Assembly (NCBI GenBank): GCA_032718475.1
Contig: JAUCBJ010001676.1
Span: 1-45,242, forward strand
Reading direction: 5' to 3'
Source of the DNA: Nemertoderma westbladi
Taxonomy: Eukaryota > Animalia > Xenacoelomorpha
DNA length: 45,242 nt
Below, one piece after another: positions 24,045 to 35,180 of the stretch. The position numbers and the translations under genes are program-made. Position 1 is the first letter of the stretch; each line of letters begins with the position of its first letter. The notes beneath the pieces are model-generated. The model ran no database searches. It was not told the DNA's origin and saw nothing but the letters and a program-made list of their open reading frames with translations.

Positions 24045-27000
24045 ATCTCTCTACTTCACTGGCTCTACTTCTCAAACACATATTTTATATATCAACTGAT
24101 TTATTTTTAGTAACTTGATTAATAAATTAACGTCTAAAATCAACGAGTAATTTGACTTGTTTTTTAGTAATCGATTTTTTGTTTTTCATTATAATTTTTT
24201 CATTATTATACAATATTATCAGTGAATGTCCAACTTTTACCAGTTTTGATTCCTAAAAGAATGTTATAATTTAACACAGTCTCCTCATATAAAACATTGT
24301 TGATTTGTGTTGCCTCTCTATTAGCTGGTCTAATACGCATCGACAGCCTCTTCTCCCAGCCTATATGGTCTGGCATTTACCTAATCAAATCAAATCCATT
24401 CATTGTTCGAGTGTTTATGTACAGTATAGGACCTACTGATATTATAAACAACAGCAGGAAATTATTTGAATATGTCGAAGATGGAAATTATTGAGTGGAA
24501 ATGGATCGCCTTTAGGTTTTTCCCACAGAATATCAGGTTTACGAAACTGATAAATTTGGCTGGAACGGGAGGTTTGGCATCTCAGAGTCACATATTTCAT
24601 ATTTTATTCGGTTGTTGAACTAACAGTATCATTAGTTTTTTTTATTATTATTTTATTTGATTAAATAATTAATTTACGCCTATCAAACACACCAATTAAA
24701 TTATTAAGGACTATTTGCCTCTCTTTAGATTAATTATTATTCCTGATATTTGTGGCTTCCTGATTGATAATGTAATCCGTGAATTATTTAAATAATTATG
24801 TGTAACGCCACATCACCACCCTTACCGCACCAAACTATACAGTATTATTAATAAATTAATGTTGTTATTAATAATAATAACTAAACTCTTGCTGTTTCTT
24901 TAGTTTCATTAAGTGCCCTCTAGAAAAAGGATGATTCGCACTTCCGTAATTAGAATAAAGTAAATGTAAGTCTTTTGCTACATTTAGGTAATAAAATTAA
25001 ATGATTAGCTTTAATAATTTGTTAGCAATCTCTTTATTTATTTCATTATATTTCATTCCTGAATCCGTTATAACCTTATAGGGTAGAACATATTATTTAC
25101 CTTAATAGCGATATAATGTAGACTTTACAGCTATTCGCGAATACTTTACAGTTAAACTGAAACTTGTAATTGATGTTCCGCTGTCATGTTTATTTTTCAC
25201 AGATCCTTGTCCTTATAATTTCCCCCTACCGACAGTTCAGGAGAGTGGCGTGGGTATCCTCTATCTGTCTCGTTATAGATAGTCAGCTGTTTAAGGGCAG
25301 GCGTTGTTGATAAATATTTATATAAATACTAGCTACGACCAATTAGCATACTGTACTGCGCTAAAATTTGCAATAACTTCTGACCCGGTGGGTGAAATTT
25401 GTTATTATAAGATGCAAAAACGTTTTCTATTTTGATTTTATATCAGAAATCGTTTCGTATCGTTACAATTTTGGAATAAATCTCGTGCATACTTGTTGCA
25501 AAGTACTTTACAGTGTTATGATTCTCGTTAACTTTTTTTTCACTCACTCACTACGTTTGTTCGTTTGACTCAACCGCTCGGGTCAATCAGCGTACTGTAA
25601 AGTCTTAGTTTATACGCAATGTATTTATATTGATTACTTTGGCTTCGTGTTATAATTCTAATGAATGTTTACCTGGTGCGATTAACTACGCTTCCTCGGG
25701 CTGCCAGATAATAATTGTTTGGTCGGAGCTACGCGTAGCTAAATATTATTATTAAGATTTGTGCTATTTTTCATAACTAATGCAAGTGTTATTAGATTAA
25801 TTACAATAATAATAATAATTTCAGTTGTATTGTATTATTTGTTTGTGTATGAAGTTGAATTATTTCGTTAATTTCTAAAATTTAATTTGGTTAATATATT
25901 TTGCAGTTTATATTTAGAAATTAGTGACTATTTTAATTAATTGGGTCTATAATTTTTTCTTAACTAATTGAACTTGGCTGCCGCATGACAATGTATAGTT
26001 CTCTCAGAATAGACCATGCCTCACGCAGCTATAGTGTAAGTGATTGGGGGCTGAGTGGTTATCTGAATCAATGGGTCTTTATTTCACTGATAGTCACTAT
26101 ATGACTAAGGTAATGGGTAGTATTTGTTACTAAAGAGTTATTTGAAAAACAGCCTCTTACATTAACGCCATTTTTCCATCAGGCCCCGTATGTTTATGAG
26201 GTATGAGGCTTGATTATAACAAACACAGTTTGCGAAACTCATTCAATTTATTTGTTCTTTAAAAGTTATGTAACTATTAGTCTCTCTAAGGGATCCTTGG
26301 GCAATCCTTCTCAACCTCTTCGGTAGAAAGTGATGAAAAACACTTAATGGGAACACTTAATAAAGGCCTAGGCCTAGGTTATAACCCCCTTTGCTCAAAT
26401 TTTGAAATTGTTGTTTCTTTATTTCGTCCAGAGCAGAATTTAATGAGGATTACAAATCTGAAAACCGCTTAGTGAGACCTGCTTTAGTTCTCGAGTTATA
26501 ACTGTTTTTACGTATGTCGGCCGACAAACAGACTAGATTCCCCCAAACATTAAAACTGACATCGGAAATGGAATCAGTGACCCCGAAAACCCCCGTAATA
26601 AAAGTTTTAGCTCGTTGGTGTGCATCCTTCGTACCAGAAATAATTAACCAACCAGAACACGGACAGTCACTTTTGGCGGGACGGTTTAAACTTTGAAGGG
26701 CATTTTCTCGGAATGACATTTTTCCTTTTTCTAATTTTCTACTCCTCCGTCATTTTTCAACCAATTTTCTTAGTTTTTGGCTCATTCGAACGAGCTTTGG
26801 AAGCTCTTTAAAAGTTATCGTAGGAATTTTGATAAATTTTACCATTTTGTGTAATTAGCCAATTTTAATTAAAAATATGGTAATTAATTAATTAATTAAT
26901 TCAAATAAAATAGGCTAATTAAAGATTATATTAGATAACTTTTGTAGAATCGATGACGCTAAGTCTAAAAAAGTTGGTTTCATGAAATTTGGACCAAGAT

Positions 27001-27144
27001 TGAGGGACTAGTAGCAATTTTAGTGAAATCTTTAATTCCACCGCCAGCCGCTAGGGGGAGGCTATTGTATTGTATTGTATTGTATTACCACAAAACTTAA
27101 TAACAGTTGAAGTACCGGCAAATACCGGACCAATAAAAATTGAA

Positions 27145-27470
27145 CCTTTTTATGATATAGTTAAAAGCATTTTCCGAGACAAAGTCCAGGATTTGCCGAC
27201 CAGGTCGAACAATGATATCTGGAGTTCTTCCTAATCTTATTAGCCCAGCAAATCCGACATTGCTTTTGCGGATTTATATACAAATACAATAAGTAGCCCT
27301 TTGTATCACATAGAAAGAATATAATGATACCGAAACGGGCGCGTTATATTCGAATAAATTGTTTGAAATGAAGCACCCCTTGATCAATAGGAGAGACTCA
27401 TCGAGAGAGAGTTCTTGCTCGGGAATGTAGATTCCACAGATTTTATGGAGTTCTTCAATGAAGTCAGTCA
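27145..27470 (-). pseudogene. piggyBac transposase relic, internally deleted (first catalytic-Asp region fused to the C-terminal Cys-rich domain)
   Basis: Minus strand reads YIPEQELSLDESLLLIKG, frameshift, LHFKQFIRI*RARFGIIIFFLCDTKGY, then directly PQKQCRICWANKIRKNSRYHCSTWSANPGLCLGKCF*LYHK. Confidence 0.85.
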
Positions 27471-27775
27471 GTCTCGACATTGTCGTCGAGTACTACCCGA
27501 CGGCCCGACTCGAGCTATTCGGCTCGTCCGTAAACGGCTTCGGATTCTGGCACTCGGACCTCGACATATGCATGACGATGTCGGACATTCCGGACGCCTC
27601 GGAGGTCCACCAAGAAGCCGTTATCGCCAACTGCCAACCTCGGGAAACAAATGCGGAATCTCCGGGAGGAGTTTGCTAACGTCTCCCCGATAACCTCCGC
27701 TAAGGTTCCCATCGTTATGTTCCTCCATCTCCCCTCCGACTCGAGGGCGATATCAGTCTCTAGTCTCTACAACAT
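27470..27775 (+). pseudogene. Fragment of a terminal uridylyltransferase (TUT4/TUT7-like) nucleotidyltransferase domain, frameshifted
   Basis: YPTARLELFGSSVNGFGFWHSDLDICMT (GS...DxD motif), then in another frame NVSPITSAKVPIVMFLHL...SLYN; more GC-rich than its flanks. Confidence 0.8.
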
Positions 27776-27798
27776 TCAGATATCGGACGAAGTTTCAC

Positions 27799-28467
27799 TA
27801 GGTCATAGAGCACTTCCACGCACTTTCATATGACCTAACAGTTAGGTCATAGAGCACTTCCACGCACTTTCACATGACCTAACAGTTAGGTCATAGAGCA
27901 CTTCCACGCACTTTCATATAACCTAACAGTTAGGTCATAGAGCACTTCCACACACTTTCATAAGACCTAACAGTTAGGTCATAGAGCACTTCCACGCACT
28001 TTCATATGACCTAACAGTTAGGTCATAGAGCACTTCCACGCACTTTCATATTACCTAACAGTTAGGTCATAGAGCACTTCCACGCACTTTCATATTACCT
28101 AACAGTTAGGTCATAGAGCACTTCCACGCACTTTCATATGACCTAACAGTTAGGTCATAGAGCACTTCCACGCACTTTCATATGACCTAACAGTTACGTC
28201 ATAGAGCACTTCCACGCACTTTCATATGACCTAACAGTTAGGTCATAGAGCACTTCCACGCACTTTCATATGACCTAACAGTTAGGTCATAGAGCACTTC
28301 CACGCACTTTCATATGACCTAACAGTTAGGTCATAGAGCACTTCCACGCACTTTCATATGACCTAACAGTTAGGTCATAGAGCACTTCCACGCACTTTCA
28401 TATGACCTAACAGTTAGGTCATAGAGCACTTCCACGCACTTTCATATGACCTAACAGTTAGGTCATA
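27799..28467. repeat. 44-bp tandem array, ~15 copies, each containing the palindrome TATGACCTAAC-A-GTTAGGTCATA
   Basis: Unit GGTCATAGAGCACTTCCACGCACTTTCATATGACCTAACAGTTA. Confidence 0.96.
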
Positions 28468-28483
28468 GGCGTCAAGGGGTTAA
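28468..28483 (-). mobile_element. piggyBac terminus with TTAA target site (TTAA|CCCCTTGACGCC on the minus strand)
   Basis: ...GGCGTCAAGGGG|TTAA at 28480-28483, on the 5' side of the minus-strand transposase relic. The matching other end was not identified. Confidence 0.7.
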
Positions 28484-28544
28484 GCAAGTCAAAAGTCGTA
28501 TATGTTTAAAGATGTTATATTATTCTGTGGTATTTTAGGTATCA

Positions 28545-28787
28545 AAAGCAAAGCAAAAAGCAAACAGTCAGCCGAAGCCGGAGGCGACCCGAAGGCTCCT
28601 CTTTCGATAGCTGCTACCCGAGAGGGTAGGGGTGGTCGCTACTCCTATCCCAAGATTTGCTCCCAGTTATTTAACTGGTACTCATTTTATCGACCCCAGT
28701 GGATGAAAGGCTGAGTGGACCCTGGCGGGCTGAATCTACAACCAATAGATTGCAGGCCCGGCGCTCAACCAACTGAGCTACCCCGCC
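28545..28787 (-). mobile_element. tRNA-derived SINE
   Basis: Minus strand begins GGCGGGGTAGCTCAGTTGGTTGAGCG (A box), followed by GGTCCACTCAGCCTTTCATCC...GGTCGATAAAATGAGTACCAG, a central segment I recognise from widespread metazoan SINEs, and ends in a (TTTGC)-like tail. Confidence 0.8.
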
Positions 28788-28873
28788 TACCCTCTTGAAA
28801 ATTAGTTACATTTCGTATTTAGCCGCCTTTCCCGTGTTATCTAACTGCAGTTAGGTGCAGCACATTTAAATTA

Positions 28874-29000
28874 GGAGTCCGGACAATTGCGACCCGGTCA
28901 ATTGCGATCCGGTCAATTTTTTCTAAAATCATGGTTCGCAATTATCCAGGTCGCAATTATCCAGGTCGCAATTGTCCAGGTCGCAATTGTCCTAACATCA
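28874..29000. mobile_element. 127-bp MITE with repeated subterminal motifs and 8-bp TSD TTAAATTA
   Basis: Left GGACAATTGCGACC-type motifs are inverted relative to right GGTCGCAATTGTCC-type motifs; TTAAATTA at 28866-28873 and 29001-29008. Confidence 0.7.
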
Positions 29001-29297
29001 TTAAATTAATAATTGTACTAATCCATGTATTATAGATAACCTACAACCTATTTCATTTAACTTGCCAAATTATTATCATATTATTGTATAATGATTATTA
29101 TTTCCATGGATTCATTTTATGTGCCAAACGCCAAAGATTTGTCGGTTTATAACGGGTCGGTTCGAAACAAACAATGGGAATTTATCTATCAAACACATTT
29201 GGTTCAAAAGGGCAATATATTTTAATTGTCATTTATTGATAGTAAATAGGCGAAAATATTGTTTATAAATCACTTTCCTGAAGTTTCACCAACCAAC

Positions 29298-30809
29298 ATG
29301 CTCCTTCAGATAGCAATAGGAGTTGGTACGTTTACACTGGTGGTCTACGTGGCGCGAACAATCCAATGGCGATTGAGATACAAGATGCCACCCGCGCCAC
29401 ACAGCTGGCCGTTACTAGGCAATGCATTTTCGGGACCGAAAAATAAAAAAATGTACCAAACACTAATGGAATGGAGTAAGGAATTCGGCCCGGTTATTAC
29501 ATTGTCTGTGGGTCCGTTTGTTAACGTTGTTACGCTAAACGATATCGAGTCAATTAGAGAAGCGTTCGTACGTAAAGGCAACGAATTCGCTGGGCGACCC
29601 AAGTTTTATTCCGCCGAAATAACAAGCGATAACTACAGCGACATCGCCGCCGCAGATTTCTCGCCACAGTGGAAGTTCCTAAGGAAAACCGCCGCGGGCG
29701 CTTTCAAACATTTTGCGTCGCGGAATCAGGTTGAGGAATTGTCAAGAAAATCCTTCAGGTCAATTACAAGTAGCATCGACCAAAAGGTGGTGGATAAAGA
29801 CGTCCAAAGACATGGGTTCGACCCTGAAGAGACTCTTGCATTACTTGTATTCAATACGGTTGCGGGGCTCTGTTTCAACAAGATCTATGATCCGCAAGAC
29901 AAGGTATTTCAACACATTCACCAACTCTTTGTAGACTTGATTAAAGTTGGCGGAAACGGACTTGTTGCCGATTATATACCGATATTTCGTTACTTTCCGA
30001 CGTCCACTGTGAGGATAATTAAAAGAGCCATGGAGGATTTCTTGGGGTTCATAGAGAAAGAGATCACTGAGCACAAAGAGGAGTTCGATGCTGATCATAT
30101 GAATGATCTCACAGACTACCTCATCTACGAACAGAAACAGTCTCTAGACCACCAAGGGCAACACGATTTCTCAGATTTGGTTCTCAAACATATCCTTTCG
30201 GATACATTTGGCGCCGGTATAGATACAACAAATCGATTGCTTTACTGGGGGCTAGCTTTAATGGCTACCAATCCAGATGTACAGGAACGTTGTGCTACTG
30301 AGTTAAATGAAGAAGTTGGACCCGAGGGGTTACCGGAACTTGGGCAGATGCCTCGATTACCGTACACGGTTGCCACAGTCCACGAGCTTCTACGCTACGC
30401 CACAGTGGCGCCGCTATCCGTTCCACATTCCACCACGCAGGACGTGGAACTACTGGGATATAAACTCCCAAAGGGCACCATGGTGCTCCCCAATCTGTAC
30501 GCGGTCCACTACGACGCCACGAGATGGACTAACCCGGAAGAGTTTAACCCGAATCGGTTTATCCTCAACGGAGAATTCGTTATGAGTTACTCCGAAGGTT
30601 TTCTGCCATTTTCTGCAGGTAGACGAGTCTGTCTAGGTGAAGCTGTTGCTAAACCCGAACTGTTTATCCTTTTCAGCTGTCTGGTACACACGTACGAGTT
30701 TTCTCCTGCTCCAGATAGCCCCCCACCCAATGTGTCTCCCTCGGAGGAAACTTCCGCATTCGAGTTTATGCCGCATCAATACAAAGTTGCGGTCCGGAGA
30801 CGATACTAA
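29298..30809 (+). CDS. Cytochrome P450, clan 2 (CYP17/CYP1/CYP2-like), intronless, 503 aa
   Basis: First ATG at 29298 (ccaacATG); N-terminal membrane anchor, PPAP..WPLLGN hinge, WxxxR, I-helix FGAGIDTT, ELLR, FNPNRF and heme motif FSAGRRVCLG; TAA at 30807-30809. Confidence 0.95.
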   Translation: MLLQIAIGVGTFTLVVYVARTIQWRLRYKMPPAPHSWPLLGNAFSGPKNKKMYQTLMEWSKEFGPVITLSVGPFVNVVTLNDIESIREAFVRKGNEFAGRPKFYSAEITSDNYSDIAAADFSPQWKFLRKTAAGAFKHFASRNQVEELSRKSFRSITSSIDQKVVDKDVQRHGFDPEETLALLVFNTVAGLCFNKIYDPQDKVFQHIHQLFVDLIKVGGNGLVADYIPIFRYFPTSTVRIIKRAMEDFLGFIEKEITEHKEEFDADHMNDLTDYLIYEQKQSLDHQGQHDFSDLVLKHILSDTFGAGIDTTNRLLYWGLALMATNPDVQERCATELNEEVGPEGLPELGQMPRLPYTVATVHELLRYATVAPLSVPHSTTQDVELLGYKLPKGTMVLPNLYAVHYDATRWTNPEEFNPNRFILNGEFVMSYSEGFLPFSAGRRVCLGEAVAKPELFILFSCLVHTYEFSPAPDSPPPNVSPSEETSAFEFMPHQYKVAVRRRY

Positions 30810-31824
30810 TGTAGATGTTCGTAATTATTTGGTGCCAACAATCAATTTAGTTGTGGAACTATATGCTACATAATTGCACGCCATTCCGATATCTGCTTGC
30901 GCATAGCACCCCACACACACAACGATCATAGGGAATACTCATGCAACAAATATATCAAACTAATCAAACAAACTTAGACTGCTTAAGTATTCATTACATA
31001 GTTAAAACTTTAGTTCTGGATAAAACAACACCCGATAACCAATTAATTCATAAAGAAGTACATTATTAATTTCTTAACTCATAATTTCAATATGAGCAAT
31101 TAATAATATTAATAATTTCTGAAACTTTCGAATGTTGTTACTAAGAAACCATGCGTCCTGGTATATTATCTTGTTATTTGGCCTAATTAATATCAAACCC
31201 TCGAAATAATGTTGTGTCTAGCCATTCCATTTCCATACTATGTCATGTGATGTCATGTTGTCTGTACCATAACGTGCCATGATGTAACATGCCAAGTCCT
31301 ACAAAGTTATTATCATCCTGTGACAGTAATGCCACAACAAATCGCCATGTGCCATGCCATGGATGTCATACCGTGTCAGAGCTGTGCTATCATATTAATT
31401 CATATGCCAATGCCATGGTGTGTCTGTTACGGACACACGTAATATGCCGACGTAAGATGGCGTATATTGTGCCATTTATAGCAATCCAGGCAACCACAAA
31501 GGCTGTGATTTCAGTGATTAAAGTTTAGTACCGTCCGACACCTGTAACGTCCGACACTATTATTATTATGTATTTAATGTTTAAATTGCAGTATATAGTG
31601 TAAAGGCATATTCCAGAACTATATTGTTCGTCTTCTTCTAACATTTATTTTATTCAACAAGAAAGCAATTGGACAACAAGCCAATATAGTGGCTTATGAG
31701 TGCCCGTTTGCCACTGTATTGTTTTTATATGCATGTAGGCCTACTACTAAATACTAGGCCCTAAAACATCAAATATCTTTGTCCATATGATTTTCAATAC
31801 TAAAATAAATAAATATATAAAAAT

Positions 31825-32369
31825 TGTGACGGGATCCAGATGGGATCCCGGTTTATCCGGTTTTGTCAGTTCACGCGTCCCTGCCGTGTGTGAAGAGTAA
31901 AAGAGTTTCGGTTGTTCGACGTGTATAATGTTTGGGTATATGGATATAGATACGGTATAATGGTGGATAAAGTTATTGCATATGGAAGGCGGGAGACGGT
32001 AATTGAAATCCCGGTACTTCCCTAACTAAACTATTGTAAGCTACAGTAACACCAGTAACTAGCACTGAGATAACTGAACTGATATGATTACAGGTTACTG
32101 GTTATATTGCACGGTGGCCTTATTGCTACTCAATCGATGCCTTTCCCCCCTCCTGATTGGTTGGAACCCTTGTTGGCGCCCTTTGGAGTGTTCCCGTTCA
32201 CTCCACCTGTTCTCTCTGGGTTAGGGGTTTGGCCCCTGACCCTCATTGTGTGTTTCCTTCCCATTCTTATTGGGATGGCACGAGTTGGTTAATTACCCAA
32301 TCTCGTGGCTCCCAATATTGTTTATCGGCTTAACTTTATGGGGTGTTAGCGGGATTGAATAAGGTAACA
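31825..32369 (-). repeat. 3' LTR, 545 bp, TG...CA
   Basis: TGTGAC...GTAACA; adjacent CTCCCCCCAT is the PPT (ATGGGGGGAG on minus); nearly identical to 44958-45242. Confidence 0.92.
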
Positions 32370-33012
32370 CTCCCCCCATGCTATCTTCCCGGTAAGAAGA
32401 TAGCATCAACCAAGAAAGTGCGCTACAATCCCACTGGATCCCGATCTAGTATCGGGTGTGGGGTGGAATTCTTTTCTCTCGGAGCCGGCTTTCCAGGCCG
32501 CTCCCTATGGGTATGATAACGCTACCCTGTGTGCCTGGCGTCTCATGTCGGGCCGATCGCGCTCACCTCTCACACGATTTTTGTTTCCCCAACACTTTCG
32601 CCCTATCTCTTCTCCACTCTCACCCTAACTCTCGCACACCCTCGGGCCTCCTCGTCCCTCACTCAGCCTCTTATTCCTCCCCCTCCACACTAGAATTGCA
32701 TCCGCACTCTGTCCGCGCTTCGCACTCTCACTCCGTCCCTCAACCCCACTTTGACTACCTCATCCCTTCTGACGAATCTCACCCCCCTCCCATGCCGTCG
32801 CACTCAAGAAGTGTGAAATCGTCTGGTGTCTCGTCCATAGTGCCATAGTCAGTTTACCCCCCAGTCCCAGTAGCTAATTGAGAAAGGTTGTATGACTATA
32901 GTACTTACTCCGAACGTATATATTTGTAGATTACTGATTGCTACGTACGTACATACAAATTGTACTTATATGATTATTCACATTAATTAAATTTGTACAT
33001 AGTTCGCACGTC

Positions 33013-34093
33013 TCACATGGCGCCTTCCAGGCGCACTACATCAAAGCCCCAGTCCATCCCTCCTTGGCGTCCGTGGTGTCCCCGAAAGTTGCACTTCGGA
33101 TATCGGTTCTGCAACCGTGGACATGCTCCCATCCTGTGGCTCGTCTCGTCGCAGTTGAGACAGCTGGTCCCTTTCTGGAACCGGTACAAGCAGCTCCTTT
33201 CCTGGTGGGTCTGTCTCCCACAGTAGCCGCAACCGAGTACCAATGTCTCTCGCCCCACGTCGTCTTTCATCCCAAGCGATCTCCGCGGTCTGTGGAGTCG
33301 CTGATAGGCGAATTTCTCCACGTTAGCGTCTCTGTCTACGTCGATCTCTCCGCCCCTCTTGGGCATCGTCTCCCCGAATACTACCCGTGGTGCCGTCCCC
33401 GGTTGCTTGCCCAACCTGATAGTGCTCCCCGCGAAATCCATCGCCGGCTCCTTGTGCACCCAGGCCCGCTTGCCGGGTTTGTCCCAGAAGGCTCTCGCCC
33501 CACTGGTCGTCACCACCCTCCCGCCAACCCAGTCCGTGTCCGAGTGGCCTATCCTCTCGATGGGTGGCATCTCTCCGAACTCGTCGTCGTCCTCATCCTC
33601 CTCTCGCAGTGGTTCCAACCCCGGTATCCCGGTGGACCCACTATGTCCCTTTCCACCTTGGTTCCTGCCCGTAACTCTCCATTCCTCAAGCTCCCCTAGC
33701 CTCCTTTGCGGTTGGTCGCCCTCGGCGCCCGCTGGTGTGGGAATCGCTTGCAATCCCGACGTCGACTGTTTCAGTGATCCCACCGTCCACCCTAGTTCTT
33801 TCCCTAGAGACTCCCCCGAACTCCCTGACGAAGCCCAACGAAGTTCGTCTAAGGCTGCTTGTTCCTCGAAGCCGTAGCTCTGCGCCCTAGCTTCCTCCTC
33901 CCTCTCCTCTGCTTCTCTCCTCTCTCACAAGTTTGCCTGCCATCTCGAACTCTGCCCGATCGCTCACCCGTAAGTGGTGCCTTGCCAAGGCGCAAACGTG
34001 ATGAGTGATGGGTTTAGGTGGTTTAAGCTCAGTTCGATGGCCTATCTCTTTCTGAATTTTCGAGTTATTGCCTATTCTTACTACTGTTACCAT
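33013..34093 (-). CDS. Accessory 3' ORF of the retrotransposon with tandem CCHC zinc knuckles (one frameshift near 33900-33925)
   Basis: ATG at 34093; the 33013 frame is open up to ~33924; contains CGYCGRQTHQERSC and CLNCDETSHRMGAC (both CX2CX4HX4C) plus degenerate YPKCNFRGHHGRQG. Confidence 0.7.
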
Positions 34094-34364
34094 AATTTGT
34101 TCCCCTTCTTAGCCCTATTCTTATTCTAATTTTATTTTGATTTTAATTTCAATCCCACTACCTTACTGTTTCCTATTACTTGCGACTGCCTATGGATTAT
34201 TCTATCTCCTAATCCACATTCTGGCCTACTCTGTGGGCCTGTGCAGTACAGTAGTATATGTCGCGCGGCCTACACGATCTATCCAACTGTACTCCTATGC
34301 CCCCCTCTTGCTACTAACTGCTAACTGATATCTATATCCTATATACCCTTCTACCTCTTACTCT

Positions 34365-35000
34365 TTCTCTAACTAACGGTACTACGTACCCTCTAACTCT
34401 CTACCTAACGGTACTACGTACCCTCTAACTCTTCTCTAACTAACGGTACTACGTACCCTCTAACTCTAACTCTTCTCTAACTAACGGTACTATGTACCCT
34501 CTAACTCTAACTCTTCTCTAACTAACGGTACTACGTACCCTCTAACTCTAACTCTTCTCTAACTAACGGTACTACGTACCCTCTAACTCTAACTCTTCTC
34601 TAACTAATGGTACTACGTACCCTCTAACTCTAACTCTTCTCTAACTAACGGTACTACGTACCCTCTAACTCTAACTCTTCTCTAACTAACGGTACTACGT
34701 ACCCTCTAACTCTAACTCTTCTCTAACTAACGGTACTACGTACCCTCTAACTCTCTAACTAACTAGTGGTACTACGTACCCTCTAACTCTAACTAACTAG
34801 TGGTACTACGTACCCTCTAACTCTAACTAACTAGTGGTACTACGTACCCTCTAACTCTAACTAATTAACTAGCGGTACTTACGTACCCTCTAACTCTAAC
34901 TAACTAGCGGTACTTACGTACCCTCTAACTCTAACTAACTAGCGGTACTACGTACCTTCTAACTAACTCTCTGACTAGGTACTACGTACCTCTTAACTAA
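34365..35000. repeat. 31-41-bp tandem array, ~17 copies, centred on the hairpin GGTAC-TAC-GTACC
   Basis: Typical unit CTAACGGTACTACGTACCCTCTAACTCTAACTCTTCTCTAA; lies between the pol stop and the accessory ORF. Confidence 0.93.
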
Positions 35001-35180
35001 CTTCTGCCTACTAACTGCATACCTACCATGTACTATTATTTTATTTTATTTTATTTTTTTTTTATTTTGTTTGTGGGAAGGGCGTCTCGCCCTCAATCCC
35101 ACCCCCCTCAGTCCAAAACTTGGACGACTAAACTTTTCTTTAACTCTACTAAGGTGCCCCTTCTAACAGACAGCATTTGC

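Noticed and set aside
26300-27090. Repeat-like region with short ORFs and an (ATTGT)n tract; possible left end of the piggyBac
   Set aside because: Looks like decayed transposon DNA, but I could not find termini, a TSD or a match to TTAACCCCTTGACG.
8380-28467. CRISPR-like appearance of the 62-bp, 44-bp and palindromic 44-bp arrays
   Set aside because: No unique spacers, no cas genes and a spliceosomal eukaryotic context; these are head-to-tail tandem repeats.
29259-29297. Track start of the P450 at 29259
   Set aside because: That codon is TTG; the first ATG in good context is 29298 and directly precedes the membrane anchor.
31235-31420. Degenerate CCATG/TCATG pentamer region with a short ORF
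   Set aside because: Low-complexity decayed microsatellite with no coding evidence.
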